IMG/VR virus record: IMGVR_UViG_3300003322_000802 | Span: 1 to 50,111 of that record | DNA from: a virus | Strand: one strand, 5' to 3' | Length of the DNA: 50,111 nucleotides | In this document: one piece after another, positions 7,444 through 16,257 of the stretch | Layout of the letters: every line of letters begins with the position of its first letter | Position numbering within the stretch: position 1 is the first letter of the stretch | Position numbers and translations under genes: made by a program | Notes under the pieces: generated by a model | The model's database searches: none | The model's input: the letters and a program-made list of their open reading frames with translations, nothing else | What the model was told of the DNA's origin: nothing

Positions 7444-7817
7444 TGCATTTCGCTACGTTCACGGGTAAGGTTCAGGAAGTAAAGGAGTTCGGCAAGGCGG
7501 TCAAGTTGACGCTGGTGTCGCTGCCGGGGAAGGACAGCGGCTACGAGCCCGAGTACATGGAGGCCGTGTTCAAGGCCGACAGCTGGCAGGGCAAGGCGAT
7601 CCTGGCCCTACAGAAGGGTGACGACGATGTCACCATCGCCGGCAGTGTGAAGCGCAAGAAGTGGGCCAATGGCAACGGGTACTCGCAGGAGATCCTGTTC
7701 GGGGAGCTGCGGATCCCCTGGTCGCTGCGGAAGCGGGAGAAGGCTGAGGGCGCCGTCTCCACCTCGCCCCCGAAGGCGAGCGAAGCGGGCGGTGGTCTCG
7801 ACGACCTCCCTTTCTGA
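7443..7817 (+). CDS. ssb: Single-stranded DNA-binding protein
   Basis: OB-fold-sized protein with a Gly/Pro-rich linker and the canonical acidic tail ending DDLPF. Confidence 0.8.
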   Translation: MHFATFTGKVQEVKEFGKAVKLTLVSLPGKDSGYEPEYMEAVFKADSWQGKAILALQKGDDDVTIAGSVKRKKWANGNGYSQEILFGELRIPWSLRKREKAEGAVSTSPPKASEAGGGLDDLPF

Positions 7818-7862
7818 CGGGGTGTGCCGGCTGCCCGGCGTGTACTGATTCCGGAGGGTACT

Positions 7863-8336
7863 ATGGCTAGGAAGATCAGCTTCACACGGGCGGAAAGGGA
7901 CGCGGTCGAGGGTGCTGCTAACTTGGACTGCACCACTGACAGCATGAAGGCTTCGCACAGGAAGGCCTTGGACTCTCTCCTGGCCAAGATGGACGCTGCC
8001 TCGGCAGAGCCTGAATCCACTCCACTGACCGGAGGTCCGGGCGGAGCCGCGGCTCTCTTCTGTGAGATCCTAAAGGGGCGCATTGTGGAACCCCAGACCC
8101 GACCGAGCTGGGCCATGCTCGCTAAGGCTCTGCGCGAGGCGGAATGGACCGAGGCGGAGATGCGGGCGCTGGATCTCAGCTGGGCAACCCGTCCCATTCC
8201 CGCGGCGACCGTGGCACTCAAGGGCAAGGACTGGCTGGCCCGGCAGCGGCCCGCAGCGTTCTCGGCAAAGAGTAACCGCCCTGCCGACATGTTCTTCGAC
8301 ACCTACCACGGGGATGGGGATGAGGATCCAGAATGA
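7863..8336 (+). CDS. Hypothetical protein; by position possibly a helicase loader or replication initiator
   Basis: SD GGAGGG lies before ATG 7863. ATGA-type coupling to the helicase gene. The functional suggestion rests on position only. Confidence 0.4.
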   Translation: MARKISFTRAERDAVEGAANLDCTTDSMKASHRKALDSLLAKMDAASAEPESTPLTGGPGGAAALFCEILKGRIVEPQTRPSWAMLAKALREAEWTEAEMRALDLSWATRPIPAATVALKGKDWLARQRPAAFSAKSNRPADMFFDTYHGDGDEDPE

Positions 8337-9247
8337 CGGTAGACTTCCGACGATTCAGCGATATCGTACGCGAGGAGAAGGACAACCTAATCCGCCAGAG
8401 GGCCGATCGTGACGCTGGGCGCGATGTGCTGGTTCAGCTGCCTACTGGGTTGCGGGATCTGGATCGCAACGGCGGGCTGGAGCTGGATATTCTCACTGTC
8501 ATCGCGGCGCCTACGGGAGAGGGAAAATCGGCTCTTAAGCTGCAACTGGCTCGCGCCGCAGCTCAGGCCGGTTACGAGGTCCTCGCCCTCGACTTTGAAG
8601 ACCCCGCGAGAAAGACAGCCCATCGTTCCCTCGCCGGAGCCACGGGCATTGGCGCGCACAAGCTCGGGCGCCTCGCCTTTGAAGAGGGAGACGTACCCCG
8701 GCTGGAAGCGGCATCCGCTGAGATTGACACCTGGGGGAGTCGCGTTAGGCACCATGCCGGACTCCTTACCGCTGACCAGGTCCGCGAGGCCTGCTACAGC
8801 AACCCGGGAGCCCGGCTGGTACTCGTTGACTATGCTCAGGCGCTTCCAGGTCGAGATGGTAGTCTTGAGCGAGAGATTGCGGACCTCGCTTGGGATCTTG
8901 GGACCGATGCCCAACGAAATCACCGTGCAGTTGTGGTATTCTCTCAGACCATCGCAGCAATTGAGGAGCGTGGTGCCCGTCGATTCGAGAGGGATGGTAC
9001 AATTGATGGCTACCGTCCAGGCCCTGGAAAGAGCTATATCAGCTGGGCACGGGCTCTGGCGGAGAGAGCTAAGGCCGTCTGGTATCTCTTTCGTCCCGGT
9101 CGCTGGGCTCTGAAGCACGGTATCGCAGGGGCCCGGGATGACACCATGGAGATCATCGTGGATAAGAGCAACTTCTCACTGGAGGGCCTGGTGACCGTCG
9201 GCTGGGACGGGGCTGCCGCCCGACTCTATGATAGGAAGGCGAAATGA
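8333..9247 (+). CDS. DnaB-like replicative helicase (RecA-type C-terminal domain only)
   Basis: TGLRDLD, Walker A APTGEGKS, Walker B LVLVDYAQAL, and SQTIAAIEERG, laid out as in DnaB_C. Confidence 0.75.
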   Translation: MTVDFRRFSDIVREEKDNLIRQRADRDAGRDVLVQLPTGLRDLDRNGGLELDILTVIAAPTGEGKSALKLQLARAAAQAGYEVLALDFEDPARKTAHRSLAGATGIGAHKLGRLAFEEGDVPRLEAASAEIDTWGSRVRHHAGLLTADQVREACYSNPGARLVLVDYAQALPGRDGSLEREIADLAWDLGTDAQRNHRAVVVFSQTIAAIEERGARRFERDGTIDGYRPGPGKSYISWARALAERAKAVWYLFRPGRWALKHGIAGARDDTMEIIVDKSNFSLEGLVTVGWDGAAARLYDRKAK

Positions 9248-9555
9248 GTCTACCTGACGACGAGGAACTTCCGGAGTACATCCCGGAGCTGCCCGACTGC
9301 GACATGGAGCCGGAGGAGGTGGAGGCGCTGGAGGTACATTACCTGGAGTGTGCCGAGCCCCTGGTGAGCATCTCCGGGCCTCTGGTGGGACATGAGACGC
9401 CGTACAATACCGGCGGCATTCACGGTCTCCTGATGACCCGCAAGGAAGCGTACATCTGGGCGCGTAAGAAGTACGGAAAGCACCTACACGAGATGGCCTG
9501 GCACCCCCATCGCTGGGTGGCTCGGGTGAAGGAGAGTTACTTCAATGGGCGGTAG
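9244..9555 (+). CDS. Hypothetical acidic protein (103 aa)
   Basis: ORF coupled to both neighbours. Confidence 0.5.
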   Translation: MSLPDDEELPEYIPELPDCDMEPEEVEALEVHYLECAEPLVSISGPLVGHETPYNTGGIHGLLMTRKEAYIWARKKYGKHLHEMAWHPHRWVARVKESYFNGR

Positions 9556-9886
9556 CAATGACCTGGACTTTAAGCGGATCCTACGAGAGGAACAAGAGGA
9601 ACGTGAGCGGGTCGCCAAGGAGATGCGCGAGGGACTTTCCAGAGCTCAAGCCAGGGTGAACGGACCAAAGGAAGACCCCATCAACCACCCCAGCCACTAC
9701 ACCAAGGGTGGCATCGAGACAATCGATGTCATCGAGGCCTGGGGACTTGGTTTCTGCCTGGGCAACACGGTGAAGTACATCAGCCGAGCGGGTAGGAAGG
9801 ATCCAGGGAAGCTGCTGGAGGACCTGAAGAAGGCCCGGTGGTATCTGGACCGGGAGATCAGTACCCTGGAGAAGAAGAGTGAGTGA
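9545..9886 (+). CDS. DUF3310-family phage protein
   Basis: NHPSHYTKGGIETIDVIEAWGLGFCLGNTVKYISRAGRK...EDLKKARWYL is the characteristic DUF3310 signature. Confidence 0.75.
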   Translation: MGGSNDLDFKRILREEQEERERVAKEMREGLSRAQARVNGPKEDPINHPSHYTKGGIETIDVIEAWGLGFCLGNTVKYISRAGRKDPGKLLEDLKKARWYLDREISTLEKKSE

Positions 9887-9893
9887 CCTCCAG

Positions 9894-9992
9894 ATGCATA
9901 ACTACATCGACGCCACGCTCTGGCTGGCGGTTCTCTACCTCCTCGCCATGCATATCAAGGGGCCACCAACCAATGGCAGTATCCGCGGCTGA
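9894..9992 (+). CDS. Hydrophobic micro-ORF (32 aa, MHNYIDATLWLAVLYLLAMHIKG...)
   Basis: High GC3 in this frame, whereas the overlapping 9883 frame has poor codon use. Confidence 0.4.
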   Translation: MHNYIDATLWLAVLYLLAMHIKGPPTNGSIRG

Positions 9993-10824
9993 GCTGAAGC
10001 ACGATGCCGATTTCCCCATCCTCCACGTTGGCGTCAAGCCAGGGGACTCCGCCATCTTCTGGTCGGATGTCCATGCGCCGATTCATGACAAGTTGGCAAT
10101 GGGACTGGTGGTTCAGGCGCACCGGCTCATCCGGCCTAGGCTCTCGGTTGCCGGAGGAGATATCTTTGACGTCATGGCCCTCTCGAGCCACCGTAAGGCT
10201 GCTCGTCAGCAACTCGAGAACGGGTCACTCGCGGGCGAGGCTGACTCTCTGGCAGCGGAGCTTGATGAGATTGCGCGAGCCTCGGACTATGCGGTTATTC
10301 TCCCGGGGAACCACGAGGGGCGAGTAGAGAGGCTGGTGGATGATGTTCCTGGACTTCATGGTGTGCTTAAGTGGCACACTCCTTTCGATAGCGTTCTTGG
10401 GCTGTGGGATTGTCTCCCTACGGGGGCGGCTGTACGGCTGGGGCCTTTGCTGCTGTGTCACGGGCATGATCTTGCTGGCTCCCTTGCTGCTAGCCCTGCA
10501 CTATCGGTTCTTCGGAACTACCCCGGCCAGTCGACCATCTTCGGCCACTGCCACAAGATCGACGTCGCCACCCGACCCAGCCTCCGTAATGGGCACCAGG
10601 TTGTGCATGGAGCTTGGACCTTCGGGCACCTGTCCGACCCCCGGAGGCAGGGCTACGCAGCCGCGTTCCGAGGCGCCTGGCAGCAGGGATTCGGGCACAT
10701 CGAGTTCTGGGACCGGGGAGACGGCCGGCTCGGGTTCACCTGCCATCCCATCCGAATCTACCCAACAGTGACCGGAGGCCGCGTCTGCCGGGTCGCCGGG
10801 GTTACCCTGAGAGCGGAGGCTTAG
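9973..10824 (+). CDS. Calcineurin-like metallophosphoesterase
   Basis: WSDVHAP, GGDIFD, PGNHE, CHGHD and FGHCH motifs occur in the canonical order. Confidence 0.75.
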   Translation: MAVSAAELKHDADFPILHVGVKPGDSAIFWSDVHAPIHDKLAMGLVVQAHRLIRPRLSVAGGDIFDVMALSSHRKAARQQLENGSLAGEADSLAAELDEIARASDYAVILPGNHEGRVERLVDDVPGLHGVLKWHTPFDSVLGLWDCLPTGAAVRLGPLLLCHGHDLAGSLAASPALSVLRNYPGQSTIFGHCHKIDVATRPSLRNGHQVVHGAWTFGHLSDPRRQGYAAAFRGAWQQGFGHIEFWDRGDGRLGFTCHPIRIYPTVTGGRVCRVAGVTLRAEA

Positions 10825-11022
10825 ATGCCAGCGTACGAGGGAGAGGATCACTGGACTGCCCTGATAGAGACAGGGCACTACGGCTGGAAAAACCAGGTGC
10901 TTCTGGAGCAACGAATCCGAAGGCTGGGCCGTAATCTAGCTATCGCTGGGGCTCTGGCTGCTGCTTACGAAAAGGGCTTTATGTCCTGCAGGCTGGACTG
11001 CGCCCACCGGGACTGGGACTGA
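10825..11022 (+). CDS. Hypothetical protein (65 aa)
   Basis: ORF tightly packed between its neighbours. Confidence 0.45.
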   Translation: MPAYEGEDHWTALIETGHYGWKNQVLLEQRIRRLGRNLAIAGALAAAYEKGFMSCRLDCAHRDWD

Positions 11023-11468
11023 TGCCCCGCTTCCAGAGCTTCCGAGCCGACTGCGGGCCCACTGCCCTCTGGCATGCGCTGGAGGCTCTGGGCCACTCCA
11101 GGAGTCATGATGAGCTTGTCACACTGTGCCGAACCACCGCCGAGGGGACCTCACCAGTGCAGCTGGTACGAGCCATCAGGACCCTGGCCGAACCGCTGTC
11201 CCTCTACGGGCCGATGGAGATCAAGGATGCGAAATCAGACATTGCGGGACTTCGTCTTCGGAGCCTCATCGGTGACGGTCGCCCAGTTATTCTTCTTGTT
11301 GACGACTGGGAGCACTGGGTGGCCTGTGTGGGTTGTCTGGGCCATCGGCTACTTGTCAGCGACTCTGCAGATCTGCGTCAGCTCATCTACTACCGACCGG
11401 ACGAGTTACTGAGCCGCTGGGGTCACTCGGCGGGAGGGAGAGGAGCCTACTATGCAATTGGAGTCTGA
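11022..11468 (+). CDS. Papain-fold cysteine peptidase, C39-like
   Basis: Q-x5-DCGPTAL (oxyanion Gln plus nucleophile Cys) and a downstream EHWVA His, spaced as in C39-type peptidases. Confidence 0.5.
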   Translation: MPRFQSFRADCGPTALWHALEALGHSRSHDELVTLCRTTAEGTSPVQLVRAIRTLAEPLSLYGPMEIKDAKSDIAGLRLRSLIGDGRPVILLVDDWEHWVACVGCLGHRLLVSDSADLRQLIYYRPDELLSRWGHSAGGRGAYYAIGV

Positions 11469-11871
11469 GCTACTGAGGCCCCATCGCCTCATCATCGCAG
11501 GGTCCCGGGGCCTGTCCATCAGCGACGAGGAGATAAGCGACGCCGTATTCACCATGGGCATCCACGTTACCGAGGTGGTCAGCGGGCTGGCGCCTGGGCC
11601 GGACAGTGACGGGAAGCGATGGGCGGAGCGCTGGGGCATCCCAGTGACTGAGTTCCCCGCCAACTGGAAGAAGTACGGGAAGGCAGCCGGACCGCTTCGC
11701 AATAAGCAAATGGCTGACTACGGGGACTACCTCCTGGCCTTCTGGGATGGGGAGAGCAGAGGAACCGCCGACATGATCCAGCGCATGAACCTGCTGGGGA
11801 AACCGGGGTACGTTGTCACAGTCGCCAAGCGAGCCCTCGAGCCGCGTCCCGGCATCGATACCGGCCCCTAG
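11452..11871 (+). CDS. SLOG-fold DUF2493-family protein
   Basis: RLIIAGSR, VVSGLAPGPD, PANWKKYGKAAGPLRN and FWDGESRGT match the DUF2493 pattern. Confidence 0.7.
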   Translation: MQLESELLRPHRLIIAGSRGLSISDEEISDAVFTMGIHVTEVVSGLAPGPDSDGKRWAERWGIPVTEFPANWKKYGKAAGPLRNKQMADYGDYLLAFWDGESRGTADMIQRMNLLGKPGYVVTVAKRALEPRPGIDTGP

Positions 11872-12655
11872 GTACTACGACAAGCCAGAGGACTGGGAGC
11901 GGATCATTGGTCTCTGCATGGGCCGCCGCGTTGGCTTCGATACGGAGTTCTACGGGGCGGACCTGAGCCGAACGAGCCACGAAACTTGCCCCCACCGAGC
12001 GAGGGTACATGTCTGGTCGATTGCGCTACCCACCAAGATTCTCCATCCGCGCGGCTACCACCGTGCCGTGTCCGCTGTGTTTCCCGCTCTGGCTCTGCAG
12101 AACGAGCGGGTTAGATCATGGCTTCGCGATCCTGACAGCATCAAGGTGGCGCTCAATGCACCCGTTGACGTACACGCAACTGAGCACACAGCTGGGTGTG
12201 ATGTCGTCGGCGTGGTTGATCTTCTCTCGACGGCTCGGTGGGTCTGGCCGGGTCGAGTTGCACCAGGTCCAGGGTTTTCTCTGGACGCTCTCGGGTCTGA
12301 CGTTCTGGGGCGTGGCAAGGTGGACAGCTACGAGGACATACTAGGAGAGCCAAATGTGGTCCAAGTTGAGAGACGCAAGACAGAGCATCGTGTGGTATGT
12401 GCCTGTGGCGCATCCCCCTGCCGGAAGCGCTCCACTGATCCCCTCCACGCAAGGACGAGGGAGACAACCGTGCATCGATGGTATGAAGAGGTGGTCCGCG
12501 GTACCCGTCTCATCCCACTGGAGACGGTGGTCCCCGGGCATCCGCGATGGGAGAGGCTAGTGCCCTACGCGGGGGTGGATGCGGAGCTGGCCATTGAGCT
12601 GGACCAGATACTCCTGAGGGAGCTGGGGCGGCTGGAAAGACCTAACCCATGGTGA
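11813..12655 (+). CDS. Family-A DNA polymerase, 3'-5' exonuclease domain as a separate polypeptide
   Basis: ExoI VGFDTEF and ExoIII YAGVDAELAIEL. The ORF ends where the Klenow exonuclease domain ends. Confidence 0.8.
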   Translation: MSQSPSEPSSRVPASIPAPRYYDKPEDWERIIGLCMGRRVGFDTEFYGADLSRTSHETCPHRARVHVWSIALPTKILHPRGYHRAVSAVFPALALQNERVRSWLRDPDSIKVALNAPVDVHATEHTAGCDVVGVVDLLSTARWVWPGRVAPGPGFSLDALGSDVLGRGKVDSYEDILGEPNVVQVERRKTEHRVVCACGASPCRKRSTDPLHARTRETTVHRWYEEVVRGTRLIPLETVVPGHPRWERLVPYAGVDAELAIELDQILLRELGRLERPNPW

Positions 12656-12834
12656 CCCATAGACACAGAGAGATTTGCATCCTGGATCAGTCGGATGCTT
12701 GCTGGGGGTACACGTGTGACAGTACCCACATGACCTGGGGTTACTTCTTCCATGCGGTGGCCATAGCCGGGGCTCTGGAGATGGCATCAGACCCATACAC
12801 TAACTGGGAAGCCAACGGTGCCTACTACGGCTGA
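12649..12834 (+). CDS. 61-codon aromatic/Cys-rich ORF bridging the exo/pol gap
   Basis: Overlaps the exo stop (ATGGTGA) and the pol start. Moderate GC3. No motif recognised. Confidence 0.3.
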   Translation: MVTHRHREICILDQSDACWGYTCDSTHMTWGYFFHAVAIAGALEMASDPYTNWEANGAYYG

Positions 12835-14392
12835 GGTGACCAATGCCGAACGAACGCAACTATATCTGGCAGGTGTTGACCGAGCAGTCGTCGCAATGGA
12901 GCGAACCGGCGTCCATATCGACGTCGAGCGATGTCGGACCATTGGTGCCCGCGCCGCGGCCGACGAACTCACCGCCTGGGAGCAGCTCAAGCCCTGGGCC
13001 AACTGGTCCAAGTGGGGTGCCGTCGACCTCCTCGGGGTCCCGGAGCTACTCCGCAACGATCCAGGCGTTGGAGGAGTACTATCATCGGACGTATGCTCGG
13101 ATGGCGGATCTGATGACGACGCCGAGGATCCTGGTGAACTCTCGGAGGGCAGAGCCGGCGAGTCCGGCCAGAAGCTCAAGCAGTACCTCCACGGACCCGA
13201 GCGCGACGGAGGATTGGGCCTGGAGCCAAGTCCATTCTGGAAGAAGGGATCTGTCAAACCTGGAGAGGTTAAGACTGATGCGACGGCTCTGGAGTATCTT
13301 GCGGGACAGCACCCGGAGCACCGCGAGGCTCTACAGGCGCTGCTCCGCTTGCGACGTGCACGAAGTTGTCTCAAGTATCTGCGCAAACTACCTCTCTTCG
13401 TGCTGCCGGGCACAGGTCGCGTACACCCTGTATTTGGGCCAAGCAGCGACGCCGATGAGCGTGTTGGGGCTATCACCGGACGATTTGCAGTCAAGAAACC
13501 AGAGCTACAGCAGATCCCCCGCGACCCCCGCAAGGACATATACGGCATCCGATCCGTCTTCACCGCGCCTCCCGGCTTTGAGATGGTTGGGGTCGATTAC
13601 TCAGCGCTCGAGGTCGTCATCCTCGCCCACCTCATCGCCCGCCTCTTCGGGGACACCAGTCTCGCCGATGCCGTACGACGAGGAGCCCCTGACATCCACG
13701 GAGTCCACGCCCTCGGGGTCTTCCGTGACCACCTTCAATACCCAGGCCTGGAGGGAGTATCTGCGGAGGGGCTAAAGAGGCACGAGAATCCCGCGGTTCG
13801 TCTCCTCAGGGAGCTGATCAAGGCGGTGTTCTACGGCCTGGGGTACGGCAAGGGCGCCTGGGGCTTCGGCTCCACCTTGTTCATGGCGGATGGCTCCCCT
13901 CTGGGCCAGGAGCGAGCGCAGGCCATGATCGATGCCCTATTCGCTCTCCGCCCCGGCATCCCCCGGCTCCATGGCTGGGTGGCTGACTTCATCGAGCGTC
14001 ACAACGGCATCTCGGGGCTTAGCGGCCGGTGGTGCGATCTGAGCCATCTGCTGAGCGAGGCCCGGAATGATCGGCGGTCCCGTGGTAACATCCGGGAGAG
14101 CTGGGCATTCAAGAAGGCGCTACGGAGAGCCGAGAACTTCCCCTGCCAGGAGGGTGGTGCCGCCATCATGGGCCAGGCGATGATCAAGTGTCTGGACGAT
14201 GAACGCATCCGGAAGCTGGAGGGCCAGATGGCGCTACAGAATCATGACGAGCTGCTATTCTACGTGCCCGAGGGACGGGGGAAGGAGCTGAACGAAATCG
14301 TGACCGAGAACATGGAGACCGCCTGGCCGGGGCTGCTAGCCGACCTCCAGGCCAAGGGATCATATGCCCATAGCTGGGCGGAGCTGAAGTGA
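12818..14392 (+). CDS. Family-A DNA polymerase, polymerase domain
   Basis: Motif A VGVDYSALEVV, motif B RELIKAVFYGLGYG, motif C LQNHDELLF. The N-terminus LYLAGVDRAVVAMERTGVHID equals the start of the Klenow pol domain. Confidence 0.9.
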   Translation: MPTTAEVTNAERTQLYLAGVDRAVVAMERTGVHIDVERCRTIGARAAADELTAWEQLKPWANWSKWGAVDLLGVPELLRNDPGVGGVLSSDVCSDGGSDDDAEDPGELSEGRAGESGQKLKQYLHGPERDGGLGLEPSPFWKKGSVKPGEVKTDATALEYLAGQHPEHREALQALLRLRRARSCLKYLRKLPLFVLPGTGRVHPVFGPSSDADERVGAITGRFAVKKPELQQIPRDPRKDIYGIRSVFTAPPGFEMVGVDYSALEVVILAHLIARLFGDTSLADAVRRGAPDIHGVHALGVFRDHLQYPGLEGVSAEGLKRHENPAVRLLRELIKAVFYGLGYGKGAWGFGSTLFMADGSPLGQERAQAMIDALFALRPGIPRLHGWVADFIERHNGISGLSGRWCDLSHLLSEARNDRRSRGNIRESWAFKKALRRAENFPCQEGGAAIMGQAMIKCLDDERIRKLEGQMALQNHDELLFYVPEGRGKELNEIVTENMETAWPGLLADLQAKGSYAHSWAELK

Positions 14393-14613
14393 GCTGGCTT
14401 GTCAGGCTAATGAACAGGGACGGTACCATGGCCCGACAGTACTACTGTGAGGCTACTTACCTTGGCGAGGCGATCATAGTGCCCCACTCGTATAACATAG
14501 CTGACTATCGGGGCATCACCTCGCCATTCGATACCGGCCGGACCACTTACCACTACACCAGCAACACAAGACTCAGCTGCGGCCGTTGTGTGGCCATCTA
14601 CCAGGAAAGATAA
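14389..14613 (+). CDS. Hypothetical protein (74 aa), locally lower GC
   Basis: ORF coupled to the polymerase stop. Confidence 0.45.
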   Translation: MSWLVRLMNRDGTMARQYYCEATYLGEAIIVPHSYNIADYRGITSPFDTGRTTYHYTSNTRLSCGRCVAIYQER

Positions 14614-15921
14614 ATGAACCCATTCGCTGATCTGATTCCATCCAGCCTTGCTTCTGCTGTTGCCGTTAAGGACGGTACCCCATGGGAGGAGGATCTTGCT
14701 CTCGGGGAGAAGAAGCCGGACCCTGAGCCTCCTGCTTTCTCCGAGTGGGCGGTAGAGGTTGTCACCATCCGAGGGCTAACGCCCATCGACGGCGCGGACT
14801 TCACCGAGATTGCCCGATTCTCCCAGGATCTCGGCGATGAGCAGCTCTGGGACTACCCGGTGGTGGTCCGTAAGGGCAGCTACAAGCCGGGGGATCTTGC
14901 CGTCTACGTCCCCGTGGATTCCGTGCTCCCCGATGAGCCGGAGCTGAGCTTCCTGGGTAAGGACATCCGACGGCTGAAAGCCAAGAAGATCCGGGGCGTG
15001 TATAGTGAGGGTCTGCTGCTCCCCTGGAGCGACGTGGCGGCCATGGTAGCCCGCAAGGTACCGCCGGGGGTTCTCCCTGGGGACGACGCTAAGGAGGGTG
15101 CTGAGGCCGTCTCAGAGGCTCTCAGAGAGGTGCTCCGCCCCGGGATGGATGTGGCCGAGGTGCTGGGTATCAGCCGCTGGCTCCCGCCCACGCGTAGCCG
15201 GATGGCAGGAACGATCCGCCAGGGGAGCCGCAAGGAGCCCGATGAGTCGATCATGCCGGTGTATCGCGTCAGCAACGCCAAGAAGGGCGAAGGCATCAAC
15301 GCCCTGGCTCCGGATACCAGGGTGATCGTGACGGAGAAGCTGCATGGTGCCAACATCCGCTTCATGCTGGAGCGGCACGCGGGAGAGGGGGATGAGGGTG
15401 CCTTCACTTTTCACCTGGGAAGCCACAACACGATGCGTGACTCGGACAACTGCGGGGGTCCGGGTCCCGGTCAGGACTGGTTCCAGCGAGCTGCTGGATG
15501 CCACGGGCTGCAGGATGCTCTCCTGGAAGCGGATTGTTGCAACATCGCCCTTTACGGCGAGGTACTGGGAGTCCAGGATCTCACCTACGGGGCATCGGCC
15601 GAACTCCCCCAGATCCGCATCTTCGACGCCTATGCCATCAGCGCGGAGCGATGGCTAGCTTGGGGTGACATCGTGGAGATCTGCCGGGCGGTGGGACTGG
15701 ATCATGTGCCCGTCATCTACGATGGTCCCCTCAACGAGTGCAAGTACCGCGAGCTGGCCGAAGGTGAGACCTGCGTGGGTAACGTGCCTCATGTTCGCGA
15801 GGGCGTGGTGATTCGTACCTTCGCAGGGGCTGCACGTAGTCAGGGACCACTCCGGAAATGGAAGTACGTGGGCCAGGGGTACCGTACCCGCAAGGGGAAT
15901 CAGACCGATGAGCAGGAGTGA
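14614..15921 (+). CDS. ATP-dependent RNA ligase (DRB0094/Rnl5-like: N-terminal OB domain plus nucleotidyltransferase domain)
   Basis: N-terminal OB block (GDLAVYVPVDSVLP...KKIRGVYSEGLLLPW). Motif I TEKLHGAN (KxxG lysine). Pfam RNA_ligase (PF09414)-like layout. Confidence 0.7.
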   Translation: MNPFADLIPSSLASAVAVKDGTPWEEDLALGEKKPDPEPPAFSEWAVEVVTIRGLTPIDGADFTEIARFSQDLGDEQLWDYPVVVRKGSYKPGDLAVYVPVDSVLPDEPELSFLGKDIRRLKAKKIRGVYSEGLLLPWSDVAAMVARKVPPGVLPGDDAKEGAEAVSEALREVLRPGMDVAEVLGISRWLPPTRSRMAGTIRQGSRKEPDESIMPVYRVSNAKKGEGINALAPDTRVIVTEKLHGANIRFMLERHAGEGDEGAFTFHLGSHNTMRDSDNCGGPGPGQDWFQRAAGCHGLQDALLEADCCNIALYGEVLGVQDLTYGASAELPQIRIFDAYAISAERWLAWGDIVEICRAVGLDHVPVIYDGPLNECKYRELAEGETCVGNVPHVREGVVIRTFAGAARSQGPLRKWKYVGQGYRTRKGNQTDEQE

Positions 15922-15924
15922 GCA

Positions 15925-16257
15925 ATGAGCTTCTACGTTGCGGCATTTGAGACGGATGACAACCAGGTGGGTGTGGCGCTCCGGTACGTGGCCCCTCCCT
16001 TCGAGACGGACGGCGCGGAGGATACCCTGGACTACGGGGAGACCACGGTGATGCTGGCCTTCGGGCGGGATGAGGAGGCTGCTCTGCTCCAGCTGCGAGC
16101 GGTCCTCAACGCGGCCATGGGCGCCGTGGAACTGGATATCCTGAAGCTGCGGCGTCGGGATGTCCCGGTGCGGCTGCTGGACATTGCACCCAGTGGCGAG
16201 GCGGAGGAGGCCGAGATCATCTTTCGCCTACCGGACGACGAGGAAGATGGCGATTGA
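15925..16257 (+). CDS. Hypothetical acidic protein (110 aa)
   Basis: ORF with a coding-like composition. Confidence 0.5.
   Translation: MSFYVAAFETDDNQVGVALRYVAPPFETDGAEDTLDYGETTVMLAFGRDEEAALLQLRAVLNAAMGAVELDILKLRRRDVPVRLLDIAPSGEAEEAEIIFRLPDDEEDGD

Noticed and set aside
9883-9972. GTGA-coupled start at 9883 for the metallophosphoesterase.
   Set aside because: The first 30 codons in that frame have poor codon use (aga, ata, act, aca, tct...). The overlapping frame encodes a well-biased hydrophobic micro-ORF instead. ATG 9973 precedes the first phosphoesterase motif by a normal distance.
12656-12817. The possibility that the exo and pol ORFs, which share a frame, are one gene joined by stop-codon read-through.
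   Set aside because: Besides the TGA at 12653 there are further in-frame stops at 12731-33 (TGA) and 12764-66 (TAG). Single read-through therefore cannot join them. A double frameshift through the bridging ORF has no slippery-site support.
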